Shown: positions 9,415 through 19,277 of the stretch, in pieces
Numbering within the stretch: position 1 is the first letter of the stretch
Layout: each line of letters starts with the position of its first letter
Source of the DNA: an uncultured Dactylococcopsis sp.
GTDB taxonomy: Bacteria; Cyanobacteriota; Cyanobacteriia; Cyanobacteriales; Rubidibacteraceae
Reading direction: 5' to 3'
DNA: 64,000 nucleotides
Assembly: GCA_964463655.1 (NCBI GenBank)
Contig: CAYXDG010000006.1
Coordinates: forward strand, 3,405-67,404
Translations under genes and position numbers: made by a program
Notes under the pieces: model-generated
Seen by the model: the letters and a program-made list of their open reading frames with translations, nothing else
Told to the model about the DNA's origin: nothing
Databases searched by the model: none

Positions 9415-11160
9415 GTGTCTGCACTCTCTGAGAAATCAAATCAGTCTCTAAACCAACCCGTTATTCCAGCTTCTTCACCAGCCCCAGAAGCAGGGAAAAA
9501 AGCCTATCGTTGGAATCAAGAAAACTACTCTCGCAACCGTCGGCGTTTCGACATCTGGTTATTTGTCCTTTCTGTGATCTTTAAGCTCTGGTTAGAGGAC
9601 AAAGAATGGAGCTATATCGGCGGTTACACAAAGGAAAAGAAGAAAACTCGGCGAAAAGCAAGAGCAGCTTGGATTCGGGAAAGTTTTCTCGAACTCGGTC
9701 CGACTTTTATTAAGGTTGGTCAATTATTCTCCACTCGCGCCGATATTTTTCCCAGTGAGTATGTTGAAGAGCTATCTAAGCTCCAAGACCGCGTCCCTGC
9801 TTTTGATTTTGAGCAAGTGGCAGCGATTATCAAGGAAGACTTAGGAAAACCAGTTGAGCAAGTGTTTCAAAGTTTTGACCCCACCCCGCTAGCTGCTGCG
9901 AGCTTAGGACAAGTTCACAAAGCGCAACTCCAAAACGGAGAAACAGTGGTGGTGAAAGTCCAACGACCAGGCTTGAAAAAATTATTCACCATTGATTTAG
10001 CGATTCTCAAACGCATTGCCCGTTATTTTCAAAATCATCCTCGTTGGGGAAAAGGACGGGATTGGGTGGGCATTTATGACGAATGTTGTCGCATTCTTTG
10101 GGAAGAAGCGGATTACCTCAATGAAGGACGCAATGCAGATACCTTTCGCCGTAATTTCCAAAATTACGATCGCGTGCGTGTGCCGAGGGTGTTTTGGCGC
10201 TATACTTCATTACGGGTGCTAACCCTAGAGTATCTCCCAGGGATTAAAGTTAGCCATCATGAGGCTCTAGAAGCAGCAGGCATCGATCGCAGCATGATTG
10301 CTCGTTTGGGCGCGGAAACCTATCTCCAACAATTGCTTTATGACGGCTTCTTTCATGCCGATCCTCACCCAGGCAATCTGGCTGTAAGCACCCAAGGCCA
10401 ACTCATTTTTTACGATTTTGGCATGATGGGACGGATTAAGAGCAATGTTCGGGAAAACTTAATGGAAACCCTTTTTGGGATTGCGGAAAAAAATGGCGAT
10501 CGCGTCCTCAATTCTTTAATTGAATTAGGTGCTCTGGCTCCAGTTGGTGATACCAGTGCAGTGCGACGATCCATTCAATATATGCTCGATCACTTTATGG
10601 ACGAGCCATTTGAGGAACAATCAGTGGCTGAAATCAGTGATGACCTCTATGAAATCGCCTACAACAACCCCTTCCGCTTCCCTGCCACCTTTACCTTTGT
10701 CATGAGGGCGTTTTCTACCCTAGAAGGAGTCGGGAAAACCCTCGACCCTGAATTTAACTTCATGGCAGTGGCTCAACCTTATGCAATGGAACTTATGAAC
10801 AGTAACGGTTACGATAACGGTCAAACCTTTCTCGATGAAATTGGGCGACAAGCGGCCCAAGTCAGTTCAACTGCCCTCGGCTTACCCCGTCGCTTAGAAG
10901 AAACAATTGATAAACTAGAGAGAGGAGATTTGCGCTTGCGAGTGAGATCGATCGAAAGCGATCGCCTTCTCAGGCGGATGAGCACTGTGCAATTAGGCAC
11001 AAACTACACGCTGCTGATTGTGGCTTTTACAATTTCAGCAACCATTCTTGTGGTTAACGAATTGATCACTTTAGCAGTGATTATGGCTCTAGCTGCTGGT
11101 GCTTCCGCATTGGCCTTGATGCGCCTATTAAAACGACTCGATCGCTGGGATCGAATGTAA
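9415..11160 (+). CDS. AarF/ABC1/UbiB family atypical protein kinase
   Basis: LGPTFIKVGQ, AAASLGQVHKA, VVKVQRP, FFHADPHPGN, DFGMMG. Confidence 0.93.
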   Translation: MSALSEKSNQSLNQPVIPASSPAPEAGKKAYRWNQENYSRNRRRFDIWLFVLSVIFKLWLEDKEWSYIGGYTKEKKKTRRKARAAWIRESFLELGPTFIKVGQLFSTRADIFPSEYVEELSKLQDRVPAFDFEQVAAIIKEDLGKPVEQVFQSFDPTPLAAASLGQVHKAQLQNGETVVVKVQRPGLKKLFTIDLAILKRIARYFQNHPRWGKGRDWVGIYDECCRILWEEADYLNEGRNADTFRRNFQNYDRVRVPRVFWRYTSLRVLTLEYLPGIKVSHHEALEAAGIDRSMIARLGAETYLQQLLYDGFFHADPHPGNLAVSTQGQLIFYDFGMMGRIKSNVRENLMETLFGIAEKNGDRVLNSLIELGALAPVGDTSAVRRSIQYMLDHFMDEPFEEQSVAEISDDLYEIAYNNPFRFPATFTFVMRAFSTLEGVGKTLDPEFNFMAVAQPYAMELMNSNGYDNGQTFLDEIGRQAAQVSSTALGLPRRLEETIDKLERGDLRLRVRSIESDRLLRRMSTVQLGTNYTLLIVAFTISATILVVNELITLAVIMALAAGASALALMRLLKRLDRWDRM

Positions 11161-11220
11161 TAAATTGGTCAAATAAACCTGTTATTTTTATTTTGTACAT
11201 TGGTTATTCAAAAAAAAGCT

Positions 11221-12000
11221 ATGAAACGTCGCTTTGATGGGCGAACTGACACGGGAGTTGTGCGTGCAGTCAACCAAGACTGCTTCTATTATGATCCGCG
11301 AGGACGTTTTTTTATCGTCGCCGATGGCATGGGAGGACACGCAGGAGGACAAGAAGCCAGTCGCCTTGCCACTCAAACTATTAGCCAATATTTAGAACAA
11401 CATTGGAATAGTGATTTAGAATCAGAAACCCTACTCCACAAAGCAGTTGAGGAAGCGAACGCAAAAATCATTGCGGATCAAAAAACTCATCCTGAACGTG
11501 CAGAAATGGGAACAACTCTTGTGGCAGTTGTTTTCCGTCACGGACAATCTTGGTGTGTTCACGTGGGAGACTCGCGACTCTACTTGTGGCGAGATAATGT
11601 CCTCACCCCCCTCACTGAAGATCATACTTGGGTAGCGTGGGCTTTAAGATCAGGAACCATCTCTCCCGAAGAAGCTGGAATTCATCCCTGGCGTCATGTT
11701 TTATCTCAATGTCTTGGACGCAAAGAACTCTGTGCGATCGAAACAGATATTCTCAATGTTCAACCAGGCGATCGACTCCTACTCTGTAGCGATGGTTTAA
11801 CAGGAGAAGTCTCAGACGAAGAGATTGGTATTTACCTAAGAGAAGCTGAAACCTGTGAAGAAGCCGTGAACGAACTGATTGAAACCGCTAAAGAAAATGG
11901 GGGGTCTGACAATGTTACGGTAGTTGTTATTGAAGAAGGAGAATCCGAAGATAGCTTTAGCACTCAAGAAGAAGCAGATACCTTATCCTCAGACTATTAA
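11221..12000 (+). CDS. pphA: PP2C-family Ser/Thr phosphatase (PphA-like)
   Basis: NQDC, VADGMGGHAGG, HVGDSRLY, LLCSDGLT, GGSDNVT. Follows the ABC1 kinase as in the known cyanobacterial arrangement. Confidence 0.85.
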   Translation: MKRRFDGRTDTGVVRAVNQDCFYYDPRGRFFIVADGMGGHAGGQEASRLATQTISQYLEQHWNSDLESETLLHKAVEEANAKIIADQKTHPERAEMGTTLVAVVFRHGQSWCVHVGDSRLYLWRDNVLTPLTEDHTWVAWALRSGTISPEEAGIHPWRHVLSQCLGRKELCAIETDILNVQPGDRLLLCSDGLTGEVSDEEIGIYLREAETCEEAVNELIETAKENGGSDNVTVVVIEEGESEDSFSTQEEADTLSSDY

Positions 12001-12014
12001 AAGTTTTAAGGAAA

Positions 12015-12035
12015 GAGGGCGCAACCCGCGCCCTC
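12015..12035. terminator. GC-rich hairpin between convergent genes
   Basis: GAGGGCGC-AACCC-GCGCCCTC. Confidence 0.55.
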
Positions 12036-12045
12036 CTAGTGATGA

Positions 12046-12963
12046 TTATTGGAAGGTTTCCTCAAACGGAGAGGGTTCATCCAGAGGAGACGATTCTGCA
12101 GGAGATGGCCGATCGCTGTCCACATCTGCTAAATCCCCTAAATTAAATAAGAAAGGAACACTGCTTTTGTTTTCCCCTCCTAATACCAAAACATTGGGCA
12201 TTTGCGCCCCTCCTTGTCGCCAAGCCTCGATTGCTTCTTTTTGTAGCACCAGCGACCCCCCTTGCGCCCGTAAGGTATCCGCTAACAACCGTTGTGCTTC
12301 AGCACGTCCTTTCGCCCGATTGATGTCTGCTTGCGCCTTTTGTTCGGCTTCTCTGGCAATATAAACCGCCCTTTGAGCGCTTTGTTCTGCGATTTGTTTA
12401 TCTTCCACTGCTTGGGCAAAGGCTTCTGTAAAATTGAGATCAATCACACTGGTATCGAGGATAATAATCCCATATTTATCCAAGCGCTCACTGAGAGCAA
12501 CATCAAAATCCTCCTTCAACTCATCCCGTCTGGTGATCGCCTCTTCAGCAGTTTTTCGCGCTGCTGCCACTTTAAACGATTCTTGCGTTTGGGGAGAAAT
12601 AATTTTCGCCACCACATTACTTAATGTCCCTTGTTTCCGACGAATATCCACCACTCGCACAGGGTCGAGACGGAAGTTAATGGCAAAACTTGCATTCAAA
12701 TCTTGTAAGTCTTTTGTCGCACTTTGGGCAGGGACTTCATATTTTTGCACCGTCACATCATATACATCCACTTTAGAAATAATGGGCGGTTTAAAGTGAA
12801 TCCCTTCTAAAAGCGCTCCGTCTTGGGCTTTTCCTAGAATACTCAGCACCCCTGCTTCCCCTGGATTAATAACAGAGTAGGAATTGAAGCCAAGGATCAG
12901 TAGTAGTGCTGCAATGATTCCGCCCGCGATCGAGATTATACTTTGGGAATTGGGTTTATTCAA
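12046..12963 (-). CDS. Prohibitin / SPFH (band 7) protein, copy B
   Basis: N-terminal TM, VINPGEAGV, SATKDLQ, KQIAEQ coiled coil. TTG start after GGAG. Confidence 0.9.
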   Translation of the reverse strand: MNKPNSQSIISIAGGIIAALLLILGFNSYSVINPGEAGVLSILGKAQDGALLEGIHFKPPIISKVDVYDVTVQKYEVPAQSATKDLQDLNASFAINFRLDPVRVVDIRRKQGTLSNVVAKIISPQTQESFKVAAARKTAEEAITRRDELKEDFDVALSERLDKYGIIILDTSVIDLNFTEAFAQAVEDKQIAEQSAQRAVYIAREAEQKAQADINRAKGRAEAQRLLADTLRAQGGSLVLQKEAIEAWRQGGAQMPNVLVLGGENKSSVPFLFNLGDLADVDSDRPSPAESSPLDEPSPFEETFQ

Positions 12964-12991
12964 AAAAATTAGCTCCTCGTATGAAATTGGT

Positions 12992-13957
12992 TTATCTTAA
13001 GTTGCCATACCCTGGGGGAAGATTCAGGGGAGATAAGGAGTCTTTTTCCTCCTTTTCAAAAGGAGAAGGCTCATCTAAAGGGGATGCTTCTTTAGGAGAA
13101 GGACGGTCTTGATCAATATCCGCTAAATCCCCTAAATTAAACAAGAAGGGAATACTGCTTTGGTTTTCCCCTCCTAAAATTAACACATTGGGCATTTGCG
13201 ACCCTCCTTGTCGCCAAGCCTCGATCGCCTCTTTTTGTAGCACCAGAGACCCCCCTTGCGCCCGTAAGGTATCCGCTAACAACCGTTGTGCTTCTGCTTT
13301 CCCTTTGGCTCGGTTAATATCCGCTTGCGCTTTTTGTTCAGCTTCCCTAGCAATATAAACCGCCCGTTGAGCGCTTTGTTCGGCAATTTGTTTATCTTCC
13401 ACCGCCTGAGCAAACTCCTTGGTAAAATTCAGGTCAATGACGCTTGTATCAAGGACAACAATGCCATATTTGTCCAATCGATTATTTAATGCGATATCAA
13501 AGTCCGCTTTTAACTCATCCCGCTTGGTGATTGCTTCTTCGGCGGTTTTTCGCGCTGCTGCAATCTTAAACGATTCTTGGGTTTGAGGGGCAATCACTTT
13601 CGAGACAACATTACTCAATGTTCCCTGTTTCCGTCGAATGTCCACCACTTTCACAGGGTCAAGACGAAAATTAATCGCAAAACTCGCCTTTAAATCTTGT
13701 AAGTCTTTGGTTGCACTTTGGGCAGGCACTTCAAACTTTTGCACCGTCACATCATACACATCCACTTTCGAGATAAAAGGAAATTTGTAATGAATTCCCT
13801 CTAATAAAGCATCTTCTTGAGCTTTTCCCAAAATGCTTAAAACCCCTGCTTCTCCCGGGTTAACGACAACATAAGAATTAAAGCCAATCAGGATTAATAA
13901 AGCAGCAACAATTCCACCAATAATCGCGATGAGGCTTTGGTTTGTTTGTTTGGCCAA
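12992..13957 (-). CDS. Prohibitin / SPFH (band 7) protein, copy A
   Basis: Same motifs as copy B. TTG start after GGAGAG. Confidence 0.9.
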   Translation of the reverse strand: MAKQTNQSLIAIIGGIVAALLILIGFNSYVVVNPGEAGVLSILGKAQEDALLEGIHYKFPFISKVDVYDVTVQKFEVPAQSATKDLQDLKASFAINFRLDPVKVVDIRRKQGTLSNVVSKVIAPQTQESFKIAAARKTAEEAITKRDELKADFDIALNNRLDKYGIVVLDTSVIDLNFTKEFAQAVEDKQIAEQSAQRAVYIAREAEQKAQADINRAKGKAEAQRLLADTLRAQGGSLVLQKEAIEAWRQGGSQMPNVLILGGENQSSIPFLFNLGDLADIDQDRPSPKEASPLDEPSPFEKEEKDSLSPLNLPPGYGNLR

Positions 13958-14124
13958 GATTTCTCTCCTTATTCACTATTGGGTACGGTTTTCATTCATT
14001 GTCTCATAGCTAAGGGATATCCTAACGAGATATCATGATTAATCAGGTTGCTTGCTCACTTTTTGCTTCAATAACATGGGACAATTACTTGAGAAGCGCG
14101 ATCGCTGCTCTAAATTAAGATTGA

Positions 14125-14529
14125 TTATTCTCTATGGAGACGTTTTAATTCTTCTCGTAAAGCCTCTACTTGTTGGCGAAGCGTATCAATATCCTCGCCT
14201 CCCTCTGCTTTTGAAGATTCCTCCCTTTCGCTGCTCGCGTCTTCCTCTTCTTCAATAATTTCAATTCGTCTAGGTTCTCCTGTGCCAGAAGTTCCCCCAG
14301 AAGACTGATTTTGTCCCCGTTGTGCTTCAGAAATTAGTTCTTGCACAAATTGACGGGCTTCTTCTGAATTCATTTCGCCTCGTTTCACCAACTCATCCGC
14401 CAGTTTTTGGCCCTCAGTGCGGAGTTCTTTGAATTTTTCAGAGGCTTGTTCTTGTGCGTAGTCTGCTAAACCAACACCGAAATAGAAGGCTTTTTGTATA
14501 ATATCGCCGAGTCCAAATTGATTTGACAT
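14125..14529 (-). CDS. Phasin-like (COG3937-type) protein
   Basis: KAFYFGVGLA...ADELVKRGEMNSEEARQFVQEL pattern. Confidence 0.75.
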   Translation of the reverse strand: MSNQFGLGDIIQKAFYFGVGLADYAQEQASEKFKELRTEGQKLADELVKRGEMNSEEARQFVQELISEAQRGQNQSSGGTSGTGEPRRIEIIEEEEDASSEREESSKAEGGEDIDTLRQQVEALREELKRLHRE

Positions 14530-14756
14530 AGATTGACTAATCCTCCCAAGGAAATCATGACTATCCCTATTTCATAGCTTAACTTGTCTGCCCACTCGAA
14601 AAAAATTGACAAATAGGCAATGATATGCTAGAGGGAGAAAATTAAGGATCAATTTCAATTTCGATACAATCAAGACACCAACCATCAATATTGTTCGCTT
14701 GTTACCCCTTGTGGCTTTATGATGGGGGGGTGTGGTGTGAAGTGAAAGGAAATAAG

Positions 14757-15488
14757 ATGACTGCTCAAAGCCAACTTATCTCCGTTAAGGTATTGCGAGG
14801 CGCAATTAAACGTAGCGTTGACCCGATCATCAGGAAAAAAAGATACCAAACAATTGCCCTTGCTGCCAAAGATGGAGAAGTTCTCAAACGATTATTTGAT
14901 ATTGTTTTCTCTAGCGCGGTGTTAGTAATCTGCTCTCCGCTCTATCTATTATTAGCAATTCTGATTAAATTCAGTTCATCAGGACCGGTGTTCTACGTTC
15001 AAACACGCATCGGGAAAAATTATCGACCCTTTAGTTGTATTAAATTTAGAACAATGGTTCAGAATGCTGATGCGTTGATGGAACGTTTAATGCTGGAGTA
15101 TCCAGAATTACGACAGGAGTACGAAGAGAATTTTAAACTCAAAAATGACCCCCGCGTCACCGCAGTGGGGAAATTTTTACGCTATACCAGTCTCGATGAA
15201 CTCCCGCAATTTTGGAATGTTCTCAAAGGAGATATGAGTGTGGTCGGACCGCGTCCCCTTGTCCCCGAAGAACTATACAAATATGGTCGCCATATTGATA
15301 AAATCTTGACCATCCGACCAGGGATTACAGGACTCTGGCAAGTGTCTGGACGAAACGACATCCCTTATGAAAGACGAGTCAACATGGATGTGTATTATGT
15401 TAACTTTCGGAACTGGTTGCTTGATTTTTGGGTCATCGTCAAAACGATTGGTGTGATGCTCTTTCCTCAAGATAATGGAGGATATTAA
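14757..15488 (+). CDS. hepC: Polyprenyl-phosphate sugar phosphotransferase (HepC-like)
   Basis: [56 protein letters not shown] at 14757 after AAAGGA. Confidence 0.85.
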   Translation: MTAQSQLISVKVLRGAIKRSVDPIIRKKRYQTIALAAKDGEVLKRLFDIVFSSAVLVICSPLYLLLAILIKFSSSGPVFYVQTRIGKNYRPFSCIKFRTMVQNADALMERLMLEYPELRQEYEENFKLKNDPRVTAVGKFLRYTSLDELPQFWNVLKGDMSVVGPRPLVPEELYKYGRHIDKILTIRPGITGLWQVSGRNDIPYERRVNMDVYYVNFRNWLLDFWVIVKTIGVMLFPQDNGGY

Positions 15489-15600
15489 TTGACACTTGAT
15501 AATTAATGGTTAACAATTAAGTATTTGTTATCAGTTGTTAGTTTCCGACCAATGACTGGTAACAGATATTGGCTCTCAAATTAAGGATAAATTGACAAAA

Positions 15601-16680
15601 ATGACCGAACGGAAAACCGCTTTGATCACGGGAATTACAGGTCAAGATGGTTCATATTTGAGTGAACTGCTTCTCGAAAAAGGCTATGAAGTGCATGGGA
15701 TTATTCGTCGCACTTCTACGTTTAATACCGATCGCATTGATCATATCTATGTTGATCCTCACCAAGAAGATGCAAGATTATTTCTCCATTATGGTGATCT
15801 CACTGAGGGAACAACCTTGCGTCGTTTATTAGAAGCGGTTCAACCGATCGAGATTTATAATTTAGGCGCACAATCTCACGTCCGAGTCAGCTTTGATTCC
15901 CCAGAATATACCGTAGATACCGTAGCAATGGGAACATTGCGCTTATTAGAGGCAATTCGCGATTATCAACATCGCACTGGGATTCAAGTAAAATTCTATC
16001 AAGCAGGTTCTTCGGAAATGTTTGGGAAGGTGCAGGAAATTCCCCAAAAAGAAACCACTCCCTTCTATCCTCGCAGTCCCTACGCTTGTGCAAAAGTGTA
16101 TGCCCATTGGCAAACGGTTAACTATCGTGAATCCTATAATTTATTTGCCTGTAATGGGATTTTATTTAACCATGAGTCACCGCGACGGGGTGAAACATTT
16201 GTCACCCGAAAAATCACCCGCGCGATCGCCCGAATCCTAGCAGGAAAGCAAAAACTCCTGTATATGGGGAATTTAGACGCAAAACGAGACTGGGGCTACG
16301 CCAAAGACTATGTAGAAGCCATGTGGTTAATGCTACAACAAGAGCAAGCAGATGATTATGTAGTCGCCACAGGAGAAACCCATTCCGTGCGAGAATTCCT
16401 AGAACTGGCTTTTAGCTACGTTAACCTCAACTGGGAAGACTATGTGCGCTTTGATGAGCGCTACCTGCGTCCTGCGGAAGTCGAGTTATTAATTGGTGAT
16501 CCTGCAAAAACTAAAGAAACGTTAGAGTGGAAACCCTCAGTTAACTTTGAAGAATTAGTCATGCTCATGGTTGATGCAGACCTACAAGCACTCGGACTCA
16601 CCCCTCCTGAAATAGAAGGACGGAAACGGGTAAAGGATAACGCCTATATTCGCCACAATGTTGGCTCAATTTCATATTAA
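15601..16680 (+). CDS. gmd: GDP-mannose 4,6-dehydratase
   Basis: [38 protein letters not shown]. Confidence 0.97.
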   Translation: MTERKTALITGITGQDGSYLSELLLEKGYEVHGIIRRTSTFNTDRIDHIYVDPHQEDARLFLHYGDLTEGTTLRRLLEAVQPIEIYNLGAQSHVRVSFDSPEYTVDTVAMGTLRLLEAIRDYQHRTGIQVKFYQAGSSEMFGKVQEIPQKETTPFYPRSPYACAKVYAHWQTVNYRESYNLFACNGILFNHESPRRGETFVTRKITRAIARILAGKQKLLYMGNLDAKRDWGYAKDYVEAMWLMLQQEQADDYVVATGETHSVREFLELAFSYVNLNWEDYVRFDERYLRPAEVELLIGDPAKTKETLEWKPSVNFEELVMLMVDADLQALGLTPPEIEGRKRVKDNAYIRHNVGSISY

Positions 16681-16736
16681 ATGCTGACTCTCCTCACTCA
16701 AACCAGTAAGGAAGTTTATTATGGAGGACAACCCCA

Positions 16737-17675
16737 ATGCTCGACTTAAGTGATAAACGCATCGTTGTTACAGGTGGCGCTGGCTTTTTAGGTCGTCAGG
16801 TGATTGATCAACTGCGTCAAGCAGGAGCGCAGTTAGAGAAAATTACCGTGCCGCGATCGAGTGACTGCGATCTCCGTGACTTTAGCAATTGCCAAAAAGT
16901 TGCCGACCAACAAGATATTATCATCCATCTCGCTGCCCATGTGGGAGGAATTGGCTTAAATCGTGAAAAACCAGCCGAACTCTTCTACGATAACTTAATG
17001 ATGGGAGCGCAACTGATCCACGCAGCTTATGAAGCAGAAGTGCAAAAATTTGTTTGTGTGGGAACAATCTGCGCCTACCCCAAATTTACCCCCGTTCCCT
17101 TCAAAGAAGATGACCTTTGGAATGGGTATCCCGAAGAAACCAACGCCCCCTATGGCATCGCAAAAAAAGCCCTCCTCGTACAATTGGAAGCCTACCGTCA
17201 ACAGTATGGGTTTAATGGTATTTATCTGCTACCCGTGAACTTATACGGCCCAGAAGACAACTTTAACCCCGCCAGTTCCCATGTCATCCCCGCCTTAATT
17301 CGGAAAGTGTATGAAGCGCAACAGCGAGGGGAAAAAACCCTTCCTGTGTGGGGAGATGGTAGCCCAACGCGAGAATTCCTCTATTCCACCGATGCAGCAC
17401 GGGGAATTGTCATGGCAACGCAAAAATATAATGATCCAGACCCAGTTAATTTAGGCACAAACGAAGAAGTAGCCATTAAAGACCTTGTGGAACTGATCTG
17501 TGAACTCATGGATTTTCAAGGGGAAATTATCTGGGAAACCGATAAACCCAATGGTCAACCCCGTCGCTGTCTCGATACCCAAAGGGCAAAAGAACGTTTT
17601 GAGTTTATCGCCGAAACCGAATTTAAACAGGGCTTAAAAAATACAATTGACTGGTATCGAGAAAATGCTGATTAA
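16737..17675 (+). CDS. fcl: GDP-L-fucose synthase
   Basis: VTGGAGFLG, AAHVGGI, CAYPK, YGIAK, WGDGSPTREF. Confidence 0.95.
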   Translation: MLDLSDKRIVVTGGAGFLGRQVIDQLRQAGAQLEKITVPRSSDCDLRDFSNCQKVADQQDIIIHLAAHVGGIGLNREKPAELFYDNLMMGAQLIHAAYEAEVQKFVCVGTICAYPKFTPVPFKEDDLWNGYPEETNAPYGIAKKALLVQLEAYRQQYGFNGIYLLPVNLYGPEDNFNPASSHVIPALIRKVYEAQQRGEKTLPVWGDGSPTREFLYSTDAARGIVMATQKYNDPDPVNLGTNEEVAIKDLVELICELMDFQGEIIWETDKPNGQPRRCLDTQRAKERFEFIAETEFKQGLKNTIDWYRENAD

Positions 17676-17756
17676 AACATTAATAAAACTGATATCTTCT
17701 TAAAGGAGTCTTGTTGTATTGTTAATTAGAAGCAAATTTTGTAAACAAAACTTAGA

Positions 17757-19163
17757 ATGATTTTAGATCAGTTAATGTCTTGTCTTGACATAATAGACCT
17801 CAGTCCCCTTTCCTTACTCGCCACAGCAGAAAAAGAAGCTGCTGAACCAGAAGGGTCACTCATCCTAGCAGGTGTCTTGTTGAGCTTAGTCACAATTTAT
17901 ATCGCCAGTAAAATTGGCGGTGAACTTTGCTCTCGCATCAACCTCCCTCCCGTTTTAGGAGAATTAGTGGGCGGTGTTTTGATTGGTGTGTCTGTTTTAG
18001 GATTACTAGCTTTTCCTGAAAGTGGCGCAACGGCCGAAGATTCGCTCATTATGGCTTTTCTAGAGCGAACCACTGATCTCACCCCAGAAACGATCGAGCC
18101 TGTGTTTGCAGCACAAGGAGAAGTGATCACTGTTTTATCAGAATTAGGGGTGGTCATTTTACTGTTTGAAATTGGCTTAGAATCTGACCTGAAAGAACTC
18201 TTGCAAGTGGGCCCACAAGCAGCGTTAGTGGCGGTAACGGGGGTAGTTGCTCCCTTTGTGGGGGGAACAGCTGGGTTATACTATGGTTTTGGTGTTCCTG
18301 CTGTGCCTGCGGTCTTTGCTGGGGCAGCGCTCACCGCTACGAGTATTGGAATCACCGCAAAAGTCTTATCTGAATTAGGACGTTTGAATTCTAAAGAAGG
18401 ACAAATTATCATTGGTGCTGCAGTGATTGATGATGTCCTGGGCATTATTATTTTGGCAGTTGTGGCGAGTCTGATTAAAACGGGCAACATAGAGGTGAGT
18501 AATGTTCTCTACTTAGTGGTCAGTGCTGGCGTATTTCTAGTAGGAACAATTCTGCTGGGACGCTTTGTGACTCCGTTTTTAATGGGCATGGTCAAGGAAA
18601 TGAAAACCAGAGGAGAGTTATTATTAACCTCGTTGGTGTTTGCCTTTGCTTTGGCTTATATTGCCACAGCGATTAACCTAGAAGCGATTTTAGGCGCGTT
18701 TGCAGCAGGGTTAGTGTTAGGAGAAACCGAAAAACGCAAAGAGTTAGAAGAACAAGTTGTCCCCGTTGCTGATATCCTAGTGCCAGTGTTTTTCGTTTGT
18801 GTGGGCGCAAGAACCGATTTAGGCGTTCTCAATCCTGCTAATCCCAGTAATCGAGAAGGTTTGATTTTAGCAGGCTTTTTGATTGTCGTTGCTATGATTG
18901 GAAAAGCGATCGCTGGCTATACCATATTCGGTCGTCCCGATTTGAATAAACTCGCCATTGGTGTGGGAATGATTCCTCGGGGAGAAGTGGGTCTGGTTTT
19001 TGCTGGCGTGGGTTCAGCAAGTGGTGCTTTGTCCCCCGCAACCGAAGCAGCGATCATTGTCATGGTGATTGTCACCACCTTTGTCGCCCCTCCCTTCTTG
19101 CGAGTGGTCTTCCCTGATACACCAGTAAAGGAAGTAGAGACCTCAAAACAAGAAGGAAACTAA
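17757..19163 (+). CDS. Cation:proton antiporter (NhaS3/NapA-type Na+/H+ antiporter)
   Basis: Multi-TM, LFEIGLE, ATSIGIT, AAVIDD, GMIPRGEV. Confidence 0.9.
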   Translation: MILDQLMSCLDIIDLSPLSLLATAEKEAAEPEGSLILAGVLLSLVTIYIASKIGGELCSRINLPPVLGELVGGVLIGVSVLGLLAFPESGATAEDSLIMAFLERTTDLTPETIEPVFAAQGEVITVLSELGVVILLFEIGLESDLKELLQVGPQAALVAVTGVVAPFVGGTAGLYYGFGVPAVPAVFAGAALTATSIGITAKVLSELGRLNSKEGQIIIGAAVIDDVLGIIILAVVASLIKTGNIEVSNVLYLVVSAGVFLVGTILLGRFVTPFLMGMVKEMKTRGELLLTSLVFAFALAYIATAINLEAILGAFAAGLVLGETEKRKELEEQVVPVADILVPVFFVCVGARTDLGVLNPANPSNREGLILAGFLIVVAMIGKAIAGYTIFGRPDLNKLAIGVGMIPRGEVGLVFAGVGSASGALSPATEAAIIVMVIVTTFVAPPFLRVVFPDTPVKEVETSKQEGN

Positions 19164-19277
19164 GAAAACGTTACAAATTGGCTCTGTTGGGATAAACTAA
19201 TTGGTTAACTGCTACGGTTATGCTAAGTTCCTATAATGATTGAGGGCGCGGTCTTTATCGTGTGAGGAGTAAGAGTA

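Noticed and set aside
9021-12000. Small protein, ABC1 kinase and PP2C as a new signalling system
   Set aside because: Matches the known cyanobacterial arrangement containing pphA.
11924-12799. Long antisense ORFs over the prohibitin genes, and other short track ORFs overlapping real genes (e.g. 39890-40309, 25353-25649)
   Set aside because: Shadow ORFs opposite well-supported CDSs, with no recognisable motifs.
14757-15488. hepC-like gene as evidence of heterocysts
   Set aside because: This sugar transferase family also occurs in non-heterocystous cyanobacteria, and no other het/hep genes are present.
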